Below are positions 13,091 through 26,207 of a stretch of 64,000 nt of DNA, in pieces. The DNA comes from Octopus sinensis (taxonomy: Eukaryota). The notes beneath the pieces are model-generated. The model was not told where the DNA came from. It saw nothing but the letters and a program-made list of their open reading frames with translations, and searched no databases. How positions within the stretch are numbered: position 1 is the stretch's first letter; every line of letters starts with the position of its first letter. Both the position numbers and the translations under genes were made by a program. The DNA lies in contig NC_043011.1 in NCBI RefSeq assembly GCF_006345805.1, positions 35,538,464-35,602,463 of the forward strand, in the 5' to 3' direction.

Positions 13091-13549
13091 GGCAGCTCAG
13101 TACCACAGATTTGCTGGTCATTTGTTTGATCTTAACCAGTTGAGCATATGCCTTGGTGGCTGATGATATGGGCATCTTTGATTGCAAGCATCATAGCCAT
13201 GTGCTTAGAGGATTTCTTTGGAGTTTGAATAATTCACCTGTGGAAACATGGATGTTTTATTCATCATTCTTACATAAGCCTTATTCAGGGATCTTTTGAG
13301 CAAGGCCTTATTCAGCTCAAGGTGCAATGTAGGTGGGGACCAAATCTGGAACCATATTGCTGAGATGGAAACTTCTTACCACACAGCCACACTTATGCTC
13401 ACATCTTTCTGTGTGTGTGTATATACATATTATATATATACACACATAAACACACTCACTCACATGCACACACACACACACACACACCACACACACACAC
13501 ACACACACATGTTTGTGTATTTCTAACTATATAAATGTAGATATATATT

Positions 13550-13605
<56 letters not shown>

Positions 13606-13860
13606 CATACATCTCTGATGAAATTTATAACAATCTACTATAATAATACTCTTGTGTTTTTCTCCTTCACAATAGATGAAGGAGAAAAGAAGGGGTGATA
13701 GATGAATAAGGAAGGATGGGGTGATTGATGAATAGGAAGGAAGGGTGATGGCAAAGTGTTAGTGGGATGATGGAAATACTATGGTGAAAATAAATCAAAC
13801 AGCATTTCAACTCTGTGAGAGTATATGTGTGTGTATGTAAAAGGGAGGCATATGATTGTT

Positions 13861-13893
<33 letters not shown>

Positions 13894-14089
13894 AATGGAA
13901 GTGGGATGGTGAACAGTCAATGCTGAAAAGAAAAATCAAACAGCGTTTCAACTCTGTGTGAGTATATGTGTGTATGTGTGTACAAGGGAAGTATGTGAAT
14001 GTTTGTACCAGTGATTATTATGTACCTCATTTATATATATAAAAAAAAACTACAATTAGTCATCATTTTTGATGGCATGGTGCCAGCTA

Positions 14090-14410
14090 GTATATATATA
14101 AAGGGAAAGATTGTGAAGAATCAGCAAATTGGATCAAAATCTGCAGCATTAACCCTACCACACACACCAGTATTGGTCAATCAAAAGATGACAGTTCTTT
14201 TCTTTGATAACACTGGAGTGTATGGAGTGTAAGACTCCACAGAAACATCACAAAATTCCTTCCTCATCCAGATTATGTACCAAATCTTGCTCTGACCAAT
14301 TACCAAATTTTCAAGCATCTCAAAGAGAAATTTCTAGCAAGTGAAATACTTCAAATAACCAAACTGTAGCTCAGAATGCCGTTTGTATTCAAAAACTTCA
14401 GAAGTCTATG
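14090..14410 (+). mobile_element. Degraded mariner transposase fragment
   Basis: PVLVNQKMTVLFFDN and LPHPDYVPNLALTNYQIFKHLK resemble RPALVNRKG.ILLHDN and LPHPPYSPDLAPSDY.LF. Confidence 0.6.
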
Positions 14411-14437
14411 CAACCAGAAAAAAGAAAAAACCCGATT

Positions 14438-14454
14438 ATGATGATGAGGACAAC

Positions 14455-14505
<51 letters not shown>

Positions 14506-14506
14506 G

Positions 14507-14572
<66 letters not shown>

Positions 14573-15146
14573 GTGTTGGTGATGATGATGATTTCAATCA
14601 TGTAAATTATGATGATGATGGTGATGATGATAATGATGATGAAGATGATGATAATGATGATGATGATGATGGTGGCAGCGATTATGATGATGTCAATCAT
14701 GTAAATAATGATGATGATGATGATGATGACGACGACAATGATTGTGATGATGAGGATGATGATGACAGTGATGATGACAATGGTGATGATGACGGTGTCA
14801 AGGATGATGATTATAGTAATGACAGTGATAACGAAGATGACGATCACGATCAGGACAACAACGATGATGATGATAATGATGATTGTTGGCAAAAGAATGA
14901 ACCAGTTCTAAAAATGTTTCTAAGGATGCTGTGTCGATGTCACCATCAGGTTTTGATTAAGCAAACCTTGTGATTATGGTGGTAGTTACAGCAGTGGTGG
15001 TGCTGGTGGTGGTTGTTGTTGCTGTTGCTGTCGCTGTGTTGCTGATGGTGATTGTGATGATGATGATGATGATGAGGATGATGAGGATGATGAGGATGAT
15101 GATGATGATGAATGATGATGATGATGATGTGATGATGATGATGAGA

Positions 15147-15181
<35 letters not shown>

Positions 15182-15298
15182 AGTGATGATGAGAATGAGG
15201 AGGAGGATGATGATGATGATGATGATGATGTGATGATGAGAATGAGAATGATGATGATGATGATGATGATAATGATGATGATAGTGATGATGAGAATG

Positions 15299-15330
<32 letters not shown>

Positions 15331-15482
15331 AGTGATGATGAGAATGAGAATGATGATGATGATGATGATGATGATGAGAATGAGAATGATGATGATGATG
15401 ATGAAAGTGATGAGGAGAATGAGAATTGAGAATGATGGTGATGATGATGATGATGATGATGATAGTGATGATGAGAATGAGG

Positions 15483-15514
<32 letters not shown>

Positions 15515-16030
15515 AGTGATGATGAGAATGAGAATGATGATGATGATAATGATGATGATAGTGATGATGAGAATGAGGAGGATGATGATGATGATGATGA
15601 TAGTGATGATGAGAATGAGAATGATGATGATGATGATGAAAGTGATGAGGAGAATGAGAATTGAGAATGATGGTGATGATGATGATGATGATGATAGTGA
15701 TGATGAGAATGAGGAGGAGGATGATGATGATGATGATGATGATAGTGATGATGAGAATGAGGATGATGATGATGAGGATGATGATGATGATGATGATGGT
15801 GATGATGACAACAACAATGATTATGATTATGATGATGATGATGGTGTCAAGGATGATGATGATGATGGTATCAAGGATGATGATGATTATGATGATGACG
15901 ATGACAATGATAACAAAGATGAGGATCCTAATCACGACAACCACGACGACGATGAAGATCATCATCATGGTAATTATGACGATGATGATATTGATGACGA
16001 CGGCGGCTGCAACGACAATGATGACGATGA
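14438..16030 (+). repeat. ~1.6-kb (GAT)n-based low-complexity tract with internal higher-order duplication
   Basis: Recurrent module gatagtgatgatgagaatgag. The marker gaaagtgatgaggagaatgagaattgagaat recurs 235 bp apart (15403 and 15638). Confidence 0.9.
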
Positions 16031-16569
16031 CATTTCAATTAATAAAATTCATTGCTATGCTGAGAGACATATCGCTTTGAAATTAATGGCTAAAAACCTG
16101 CAATTACTTTCCTAACAACACATTATTTCTACTCAGACAGTTGTTGTTAAACATATTTGTCATTGTAACTTTCTTTAGAAATGCGTTACTCCCCCCCACC
16201 GCCACCAATGACCACTACCAAAAAAAAAACCCCATCTCCCCTGCACTAAAATATGCTAACATTATCTTACTAACTAACCAACTGGTGGCTTAATTGTCTT
16301 GTTCCATATGTAGTTGTAACAAAATTAAGCACAGCACAAAACTTAATTATTTGATTGGCCATGCCGTGCCGAGCACTGTTGATTTGTTGGCCTAATCTCA
16401 TTGATCAGTTGGCATAATCACAAGTGATTAGCTGCCAGTGCATGAAGTGAGATGCTGCCACCACAGAACAATCTTGGAAATTGGTCTTCAAGCTAACAAG
16501 GCGTTATGAATTACATTAGAGCCAACGTCACTTTTGTGTTATGTGTAATGGTTTAGCATTTGGGATGAT

Positions 16570-17500
16570 AAATTTCCATCACCCTCGTCATGATCGTCAT
16601 CAAGATCATCCTGATCATCATCGTCATCGTCGTCGTCATCGTCATCATCATCATCCTTTTCATCATCATCATCACTGTCATCTTATCATTGTTGTCGTTG
16701 TCATAGTTGCCTTTACCATCATGATTCATTGACATTGCCATTGTCATAATCATCATGGATGTGATGTTGATTGTCATCAACTTCAATTGCCATATTGTCA
16801 TCATAAACATCGTCAGCATGATCATTATTATCATCATCATGACTAACATCATCTTCATCATCATGATCATCATCATCATCTTCAGTTGTCCTAATTACCA
16901 TAATCCTAGCTGCCATCATGATCATTATGATCATCATCATCTTCAGTTGTCCTAATTATCATCATCCTAGCTGTCATCATCATCATCTTCAGTTGTCCTA
17001 ATTATCATCATCCTAGCTGTCATCATCATCATCTTCAGTTGTCCTAATTACCATCATCCTAGCTGCCATCATCATCATCATCATCATTATGATCAATGTC
17101 GACATTGTCACCGTTATCGTTGTTGTTATCATCGTCATAATCATCATCCTCATCATCGTCATCATAATCAGTATTGTCAAAATCATCATCATCATCAACA
17201 TCATCACCATTAAGACCTTTATCATTTCTCTTACCAGCAATTCACAGTCTTTATCGTCATCATCATCATCATCATCACAAAAACCCTCATTACCACCACC
17301 AATACCACCAGCAATAATAACATCAACCTTAACAATACCCAGCATCAGCAGAAGCAGCTCCACCACAACCACCACCACGTCCACCACCACCGTAAACCAC
17401 GTCCACCACCACCGCAACCACGTCCACCACCACCGCAACCACGTCCACCACCACCACGTCCTCCATCACGTCCACTGCCACCGCCACCACCAAACCCTTG
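16570..17500. repeat. (CAT)n/(CAC)n low-complexity tract including a 46-bp minisatellite x4 (16868-17075)
   Basis: catcatcatcttcagttgtcctaattatcatcatcctagctgt recurs with spacings of 61, 46 and 46 bp. Confidence 0.9.
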
Positions 17501-17734
17501 TTTCAATCCTTCCTGGTTCTCTTCTGTTGTCTTTCAGTAGTATTCTCAGTCTCCAGGATATAATCTTCCACACACACAACTACCACCGGCATTATCATCT
17601 TCCAGGTCCTTAAGGCTTGGTCCTGCACTTCCACCCATGACCATTCTGTTATTCTGTATAAAAGAGAGACAACATAGTCGAGGCTTTATTTTTATGGCTG
17701 CAAGATACCATTTAAAGGAAATCCAGTTATTATT

Positions 17735-17890
17735 TGTAACAAAATGATGGGTTCAAATTCCACTGAGGTTAACTTTGATATTCATCGATTCAGGGTCGAT
17801 AAAATAAGTACCAATTGAACACTGGGTTCGATGTAATCAATTTACCTCTGCCCTTCAAAAATTGCTGGTTTTGTGCTGAAATTTGAAACC
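17735..17890 (+). mobile_element. SINE B-related fragment with a different tail
   Basis: gggttcaaattccactgaggttaactttg..gggtcgataaaataagtacca..ctgggttcgatgtaatc matches the SINE B central region. Confidence 0.7.
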
Positions 17891-18107
17891 ATAATTTCTA
17901 GCTGAATGAAAGCGATGTAATCATGTAGTTATTCCCTACTACAGTTCTTTATTTAAGAGATGAGGAATTATGTACATTAATTATATTTGACGGATATTTG
18001 TCCTCATTTTGTTTCTTGTTAACACAACGTTTTGGTTTGTATACCCTCCAGCCTTCATCAAGTGTCTTGAGGAAATTTTGAACCTATTTTTCGATGTTAT
18101 TATTATT

Positions 18108-18205
18108 AGTATTATTATTATTATTCAGGTCACTGCCTGGAATCAAACTCGGAATCTTGGAGTTAGTAGCCCGTGCTCTTTACCACCACGCCATATGCCC
18201 GTGGG
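18108..18205 (-). mobile_element. Short tRNA-derived SINE or tRNA pseudogene with (AAT)n tail
   Basis: The - strand gggcatatggcgtggtggtaaagagcacgggctactaactccaagattccgagtttgattccaggcagtgacc has A/B-box-like motifs but imperfect stems. Confidence 0.65.
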
Positions 18206-18776
18206 CAATTATGGAGTGAATTTTTAGGGCTTTTAGTATTTTTCTATCCTTTCTTAATACCGGTTCCCATATGCTATTCATATCTGCACTCAGTCTGTCC
18301 TAGCATGTGTGCTGCTTCTTTTAGCTTTCGTATTTTCCAGTGATGTTCTCTGTCTATTATCTTAACTTCATCCCACAGGGGCAGGTGGTCTCCAAATTTC
18401 CATACATGATCAGCTATACCCGATTTATCAATATCTCCTCATGTCACAGATTTACAATGTTCCTCTAGCCTTAAATTTCAGGGGCAGCATGTTTCGCCTT
18501 TGAATAACCTACCACAGCTGCATGGGATGGAGTACATGCAGTTCTTGGTCATATTCTCTTCTATTGGTGGTTTTACTCGAAGGAGATATTTGCGAAGTGT
18601 TGTATTACTCTTGAATACTGTCCTGATGTCATATGGGCCACATATCTTTTGTATCTTTTCGGAGAGGCTTTTCACATAGGATAGACAGATTGTGGACAGT
18701 TTATTGGTTTCATCCCCTCTTTTCTTCATAATTGGAGTGGATAATATTTTTGGGGGGTAGTTGTTGCTACCCCAAG

Positions 18777-18820
18777 ACACCTGATGAAGGCTGGAGGGTA
18801 TATCAACAGAAACGTTGTGT
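18777..18820 (+). ncRNA. Minimal hammerhead ribozyme motif in the PLE terminal repeat; decayed mirror copy at 18029-18061 (-)
   Basis: acac-CTGATGA-aggctggagggtatatcaaca-GAAACGTT-gtgt. Stem I acac/gtgt is intact; stem II is partly decayed. Confidence 0.65.
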
Positions 18821-20167
18821 TAACAACAAACAAGATGAGGACAAATATCCGTCAAATGTAAATAATGTATAAAATTTTTATTCCCTACTGTTTAGTGTCA
18901 GGTCATCCCTGACCAATTAGAGAAATATTTAAAGACATTCTGACCATGATCATCACATTTTCTTGGTGCATAGGGAAAAACTTTTTGTTACATTATCCAA
19001 TATGTCCCTTTTCAAGATAGAAGCATATTATTTGAGAGAAACTTGCTTGCAAATTTTGGCAGGCTGAACATGCCCAAACAGGATCCTTTGCCCATAATTT
19101 TACATACCATCCTTCTCGTTACTCCCCTTTACCTCTCTCTTGGCTATCCCCTATAAAGGTGTACTTTGCTCCCTTGAATAACAACCTTCTTAATGTTGTT
19201 TATAACAATCCTTTGGTACCTTACATAAAAGCTCCCTAGGTCTCAGGTCTCTCACATTAATACTGCATTGTCATGCATAAAGACCTCACTTAATGTCCCC
19301 TTATTACTGTCATTGTTCCAGATAGACCATAGACTTCAGCAATAGCTCGTCACAGCTTTAATTCTTCTTCGTCATCTCCTTCTGGTTATTTTTTCATCTC
19401 TTTTTGTCAATGGTGTTCTAAGAAAGACAGTAAACACTTTATAGAAAAGAGAGCGTCAAGAGGAGGAAAATGAGGTTATGTGTATTTCCTTCATAATTGT
19501 CCTTCGTTCAACACCGTTTCCCTTGAGCCATTTATAGATAATGACTTTCACTAAGAATTATAACTCAATAAAAATCTATTGATAAAAGTTCCACTGTATC
19601 CGAGAAACATAGAAACACTAAACATTTTCTTATATTGAAGCAAAAAAATAAAAAAAAAAAGAGAAGGAAATGAAATGGCAAAAATGAAAATGAAAATGGA
19701 AAAAAAGAATAAAGCGAACGCAAAACAGGAAAAGAAATAGAATTTAAAAAAAAAATATTATGAATTAAAGAGGAAAAGAGGAATAAGAACAAGTTGTAAA
19801 TATACACGGTACTGGATATAACCTTTGGTTCCAAAGCACTTAATTCTTTATATTTGTGAGAGGTTGTCATGTTAACATTAACTAGTTTCATATTAACTTT
19901 TTTTCTTACATCTCATATTAATGTATTTTTACCTGAAATAAGAGAACACACACACACACACACACTCATATATATACATATATATATATATTATGTGTAT
20001 GTGTCCACACACACACACACGCACATATATATATATATATATATATGTGGACACATACACACACACACATATATGTGTGTATGCATATTTATATATATAA
20101 TTATATATACATAAGTATATGTTTGTATATATATGTATATATATATATATACACATATGTATACATA

Positions 20168-20198
<31 letters not shown>

Positions 20199-20199
20199 A

Positions 20200-20237
<38 letters not shown>

Positions 20238-20766
20238 TATATATATATACAATATATATGTATATGTATATATATATATGTGTATATATATATGTGTGTA
20301 TGTATATATATATGTATATATTAGTTTGATAGAACACATCTGTACGTGTATGGATTTGTGTGAGCATGAATGCGAGCATACATGCAAATATAAGTGTGTC
20401 GTCCTATGTATAATAATGTGAATGTGATTGCTACTACTGTGGTTTCCCTGTTGCATACATGAAAATGAAAATGTTAAAAATATTTAATGTGCAGAACATG
20501 AGTAGAAAGAAAACAGAGGTAAAAAAAAAATTTGAAACCTGAAATCCTATATAAATTGGTAATCTCGCTTTAAAATTGATGTTGTCATATATTAAATTTT
20601 ATAACATTCATTTCAATTTATAATAATTATTATCATCATCTTCATTATTATTATTAATATATTATTATTATTATTATTATTATCATCATCATTATTATTA
20701 TTATTATTACTTTCTTTTCTTTCTTCAATTATATTTCCATTTCTTGCCGAGTGTCTTCTAAACATC

Positions 20767-20818
<52 letters not shown>

Positions 20819-21625
20819 TTCTCTTTATCACAGGTTTTGTTGGAGCTCTTGGAGTCTTTCATGCGTAGCAGGCTTACTACCTGCAGCCTACGGTATCATG
20901 CCATTCATTCTTTTCAGCTATCCAGTACTTTCCTGATTATTCTGGCCAAACCTTTTGTAACAGTTCTATGGGGCACTCTATTTCAATTTCCTTTACATTC
21001 CCTTTGATGCCCTCTGATACTCTTCCCAAGAACTCAACAATAATTGGCACTATCTTCACTTTCGTTTTCCATAGCCTGGCTATTTCATACTTAAGAGGGT
21101 TGGACTAATCTATCTTTACGTCTTCCTTCTTGACTATTTGTGGGTCAAAGGGGCATGCAGCATTAACAATATAGCATATGTGGTGCACCTTGTCCACCTC
21201 TACTAGGTCCAGTCTGTTATGCTGCAGCACCTGATCTTTTTGGATTGGGAAATCCCAGAGGATTTTGCTAGTTTCCGACTCTGCCAGTCTCTGTGGTTTG
21301 TGCTCATACCATGTCTTGCTTCTCTCTTACTCCCACTTTTTGCACAGTTTCCAATGTAGCACTTTCACTACCTAGTGGTGTCACCACAACTTGTAGTGGT
21401 TTTGGACAAGACTAGGGTATTCGTATGTGATATGGGAATTATATCATCCACTCCATTGCAGATGCAGCACAGTGGAAACACATATTCATTCCTAAGGTTT
21501 ACCCTCCAGTTCCTGGTCAATGCTTGGTCTTGTGCTGCCAGTATAGTGCTCTTGGTCTCTTTTTTTAGGGTTCCTTTCATAAGCCAATCCCACCTATTTT
21601 TTTCAGCAACTTCTGTTGGGGCTCA
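20819..21625 (-). mobile_element. 3' fragment of an R4/Dong-type non-LTR retrotransposon (Zn knuckle and RLE endonuclease) ending on (TAA)n
   Basis: The - strand reads RWDWLMKGTLKKETKSTILAAQDQAL..PLCCIC..WYEHKPQ..KILWDFPIQKD..HNRLDLVEVDK..YEIARLWKTKVKIVPIIV. A (TAA)n run at 20768-20818 abuts the 3' end. Confidence 0.85.
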
Positions 21626-22917
21626 TGGCTTCTGATTTTAACTGATTGGAGGTGTTATCATATACATGTCCTGGTATAAAAGATGGGCTACAACAAATAT
21701 TCTGCTCAATGCATAAATGTGCTTGTCAGTTGCTTGATCTTAAACCAGTTGGAAAAGAACACAAGAAAGGAAACTGATTCACTTGTATTTTCTTTTACCC
21801 AAAGCTAGGAATTTTTTAGCACCCTCTTGTACATATGTCAGATGATAGAGTATTTAACTAGGGAAGAAATATATGTGAAGAACATAAGAACAGGAATGAT
21901 CCTTCTGTCTACCAAATATTATTCTTAAGGCTTTGGTTGACTTGCAGCCATTGGTAAAAGACATTGGTCAAATGTGCTGTGCATTGATCAGAGTCAAAAC
22001 CTCATTGGCCAACATTTGATGGCGGAGACAGTAGCAGCAGTAGCTGAAATAGTAGAAGAAATAAGTAGTAGTAGCAGCAGCAGCGGCAGTTATTGTTGTT
22101 GTGTAGGTCCAGAGGAACTCTGATTGAGCAGACTTGGGATGAAATTTGTTCTAACCATGATCAGAATAATAATGTTTTCCAGTCATATTAAATGTGAATT
22201 TCACCATACAACATGTTTTTTTTGCCCTTGAATGTAATTTCATGGAGATTTGGCTGCTATTTCTAGAAGACTGAGTAGGTACATAAAGGTTCCTTCACAG
22301 ACTCAGTGTTTACTACAATGTGGTAAGATATTCAGATTATTTAACCCCAAGTCAGCTCTAACTGGATAACAGTGTATACCTACAACCAAAGACATTTCAG
22401 TTACAATCATCATGTTTTTATTTTTCAGTGGATAAATCTACGATTAATTTGCCCTCCTGGGACAGTAATTCCTAACCTTTGAATGAAATTCACCAAACAG
22501 ATATAAAACAGCTGTATATCCTGAACATGATTATCTGAAGCTGTTTATTATATTCAAAGATATTTGTTGTTCTGGTTTGGTTTCCAGTGTTCCCCAAGAG
22601 CAATTCATGTCAAAATATCAACAGAAATTTAGCCCTAGGTCAGTCCTTACTTAGAAACCATATGATTAAAAGGAGTTCGAATCTTAAGTGTGTATCTTCC
22701 AATGCTTACTTGTTTCAGTCGTTGAACTGTGGCCATGCTGGAGCACTACCTGGAAAGTTTTAGCTGAACAACTCAACCCTACTACTTGCATGTTTCAAAG
22801 TTTGCTGCTTGTTGTACACACACACACTTGTATGTGAGTATGTATGTAATTCCTTAACTAGTTTCAGCTCAAGAGCTGCATACATACATACATACATACA
22901 TACATGCATGCATGCAT

Positions 22918-22950
<33 letters not shown>

Positions 22951-22974
22951 CACGCACACACACACACACACAGA

Positions 22975-23163
22975 GTGCTGGTGCCATGTTAAAAGCACCC
23001 AGCAGACCCTATAAAGTGGTTGGCATTAGGAAGGGCACCCAGCTGTAGAAACCAAGTCAAATCGGACTATATCTGGTGCAGCTGCCCAGCTTGCTAGCTC
23101 TGGTCAAACCATCCAACCCATGCCAGCATGGAAACCGACGTTAAAGGATGACAATGATGATGA
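22975..23163 (+). mobile_element. Family D 3' fragment
   Basis: Family core plus (GAT)n tail. Confidence 0.8.
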
Positions 23164-23168
23164 AGTAT

Positions 23169-23222
23169 GTGTGTGTGTGTGAGTATTTATATATCTTAAG
23201 CAGCAAACTCTAAAAAAAAAAA

Positions 23223-23302
<80 letters not shown>

Positions 23303-23358
23303 GTGTGTGTGTGTGTGAGTATTTATATATCTTAAGCAGCAAACTCTAAAAAAAAAAA

Positions 23359-23432
<74 letters not shown>

Positions 23433-23445
23433 GTGTGTGTGTGTG
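23169..23445. repeat. Near-perfect ~136-bp tandem duplication
   Basis: gagtatttatatatcttaagcagcaaactctaaaaaaaaaaagtgtg-(TA)n occurs at 23181 and 23317. Confidence 0.9.
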
Positions 23446-24919
23446 TATGTATCTATGTATCTGACAGGGTTTCCTTCAGTTTCCATCTACCAGATCCAGC
23501 TATCTACTTATGAGGCTGGGACTATCATAGAATACATTTGCCCAAGGTGTCCATGCAGTGGGACTGAACCCTTGAACACATGGTTGAGAAGCAAGTGTTT
23601 TTAACCACACAGCCATTCCTACACCTGTGTGTCAGTGTTTCTTATGGCAGGCATATGTCCAGTCCTATTGTTTTATGCATCCCAGCCCTAAAGCAGTGGC
23701 CATGCTGGGGCAGTGCCGTTTATGTTATATTATTCAATACCTTTCCTTATGAAAGAATGTTTAGGTATTACAATCAATATTTCTGTTACCGTACCGAAGA
23801 ATGCAAAGATTATTTGTAAATGTTAATTTTCCATTTCTAATTCCACTTTCTACGATACTAATCAAAATTAATACAATTTATGGAAATAATGTAATTTACG
23901 ATAATTAAGAAACATAGCGAAAGTTTGTCAGACGTCACCATGCTTAAAAACACTAGAAAACATTTGTACATTTTTTTCTTTTACCACATTCATCGTCTCT
24001 TTAAATTAATATATAATTTTTAATCATTTAGTCTACTGGTAAAACAGAGCCTAAAAAATCTTTCCCAGGACCTCCAAGACTGGTGGGTAAGAAGGAAGTT
24101 AAGAAAGAAGATGTCATCTAACAGGATCTGGGGCTTGAACTCTCTCAACAACAGTGTGATCTCTGTTAAAAGCACTAAAAGACAGTGGCGGCTTGTTGAT
24201 AAAATTAGTTGGGGGTGCTGCTTCAGAAACCTTTTAGCCCATGTTTTAGTATGGTGTAAAAGGAAACAAACATATAAAATGAAAATTTATACATAAATTT
24301 GATCAGTTTACATTTTAGCTGGGTAAGTGTGCTTAATTTGTTCACTGAACACCACCGCAAATTCCCCCTCATTTTTCAAAAATCCCCCCTAAATCACAAA
24401 ATAAGGGGGCAAAAATTTGCTCTATTTTTCAAATCCTGGCAGCAAAATTGTAGCTGGAAGCAGGATAATAATCTAATTCTACACTTTATTACATTCAAGA
24501 ACATAAACACGCTTTTTAGCACAACACACATGGAGTTAAAAAGAAACACTATCTTTCACCAGAACACCAGGGTCGGCATTGCATGAACCACAGTGCTCTC
24601 TCTCCCTAGCGTGAGGCTTCCTATCTTGGACATGTGATCATGCACACAACAGCCAAACACTGCATCACTGGGACTGTGAAGCACACAGTTTTATTTAAGG
24701 ATTTTCGTATTTTTTTCATAAACTAGGGGATGGCTAGTGACATTAAGCTTAAGGATTATATAATGTACATGTATAAAGAAAGAATTAAAGAAAAAGGGAC
24801 TCATTATATTGAATGTCATCGATAATAGCGGGTGCTGAAATTCTGCAGTGCCTATACACGAGCTGCCACTGCCCAAAGAGCTAGGTGGTGGTGCTGGTGG
24901 TGCTGAACTGGGAAACAAA

Positions 24920-25098
24920 TTAAGTCAGCCCTCCAAAACTTCTTTTACACATGATTGAAAAAGCAATTGGTTTGTTCCACTTTGATTCCTCAAATTTAAA
25001 ACAAACAACAGTCAAGGTTGAAACAGTTTTAGATCTTAGAGCTGACCAATCAACTCTAATCGAGGGTAAATCAATCAGAGGAACAACAATATCAGTAA
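24920..25098 (-). CDS. Candidate terminal coding exon of an unidentified gene
   Basis: Acceptor catatttcattctattttag| followed by 58 open codons xTDIVVPLIDLPSIRVDWSALRSKTVSTLTVVCFKFEESKWNKPIAFSIMCKRSFGGLT* of non-repetitive composition. AATAAA at 24690-24695 (-). No homolog recognised. Confidence 0.35.
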
Positions 25099-25170
25099 CT
25101 AAAATAGAATGAAATATGATGTGAGAAAAAAGAATAATATATTTTATGATAATAATGATAAAATGATAAA

Positions 25171-25585
25171 GGCACAGGCATGGCTGTGTGGAAAGAAGCT
25201 TGCTTCCCAACCACATGGTTCTGGGTTCCGTCCCACTGTATGCCCTCTTGGATAAGTGCCTTTTACCATAGTCTCGGCTGACCAAAGCCTTTTGAGTGGA
25301 TTTGGTAAACAGAAACTGAAAGAAGCCCATCATATATATATATATACATACATATATACATATATATATGTGTGTGTTTGTGTCTGTGTTTGTCCCCTCA
25401 CCATTGCTTGACAACCAGCGTTGGTGTGTTTTTGTTCCTGTAACTTAGTGGTTTGGCAAAAGAGACTGATAGAATAAGTACCAAGCATACAATGAATAAG
25501 TCCTGGGGGTTAATTTGTTTGACTAAAGGCAGTGCTCCAGAATGGCCACAGTCAAATGACTGAAATGAGTAAAAGAAAGAATAAA
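25171..25585 (+). mobile_element. SINE family A full length, followed by a second 5' part (~25600-25770) and a family D-type 3' end (~25880-26100)
   Basis: Same head, CORE-like and tail motifs as 5311-5730. Confidence 0.85.
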
Positions 25586-25803
25586 AAAAATTAGGTGGAT
25601 GAGGCACAGGTGTATATATGAGATAAGATGTTTGCTTCCCAGGTACATGGTTTCAGGTTCAGTCCCACTGAGTGGCACCATGGGTATGCATCATCTGCTA
25701 TGACCCAAGGTCAACCAAAACCTTGTGAGTGTATTTGGTAGATGGAAATTGAAAGAAGCCCATCATATATATATGTATGTATGTGTATGTGTGTGTTGTG
25801 TGT

Positions 25804-25841
<38 letters not shown>

Positions 25842-25842
25842 A

Positions 25843-25874
<32 letters not shown>

Positions 25875-26207
25875 CGTGTCCTTACTTTGACAGTTTTAAA
25901 TGTGTGTCACCTTCATGCAAGTGGTGTCCTTTGTTTCCAATCTTCCACAAAAACATGTCTGTCAGGGTTGGTGACAGGAAGAGAATCAAGCTGTAGAAAA
26001 TCTACCTCCACAAATTCCATTCAACTTCTCGAAGCATAGAGAAATGGATGCCAAAATAATGATGATGATGATGATGATGATGATGATAATGATGATAATG
26101 ATGAAAATGATATTATATCAATTTATAATTTTCCTTAGCAGGAATGGAAGACAACTCTATACAACATTTCTTCCTTTTTAAATTTCATCATCAGAAATAT
26201 GTAGTTG

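Larger units (their letters stand above)
17985..18865 (-). mobile_element. Penelope-like element fragment with inverted terminal repeats (17985-18075 and 18772-18865)
   Basis: The - strand frame (about 18240-18740) reads ..TVFKSNTTLRKYL..NCMYSIPCSCGRLFKGET..LRLEEH..KSGIADHVW..WDEVKIIDRE.HWKIRKLKEAAH (GIY-YIG). The flanks are reverse complements of each other. Confidence 0.9.

Noticed and set aside
14383-16115. Asp-rich ORFs resembling acidic biomineral proteins (Aspein/Asprich-like), plus poly-M/I/H ORFs
   Set aside because: GAT repeats cannot reach a stop codon by single substitution in the D frame. The frame shifts repeatedly (about 15128, 15228, 15425, 15660), there is no ATG or signal peptide, and similar tracts occur at 37.9, 45.4 and 59-60 kb.
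18118-18205. Functional tRNA gene
   Set aside because: The acceptor and anticodon stems are imperfect and an (AAT)n tail follows. SINE heads at 33857, 59898 and 26510 are likewise tRNA-derived, not tRNAs.
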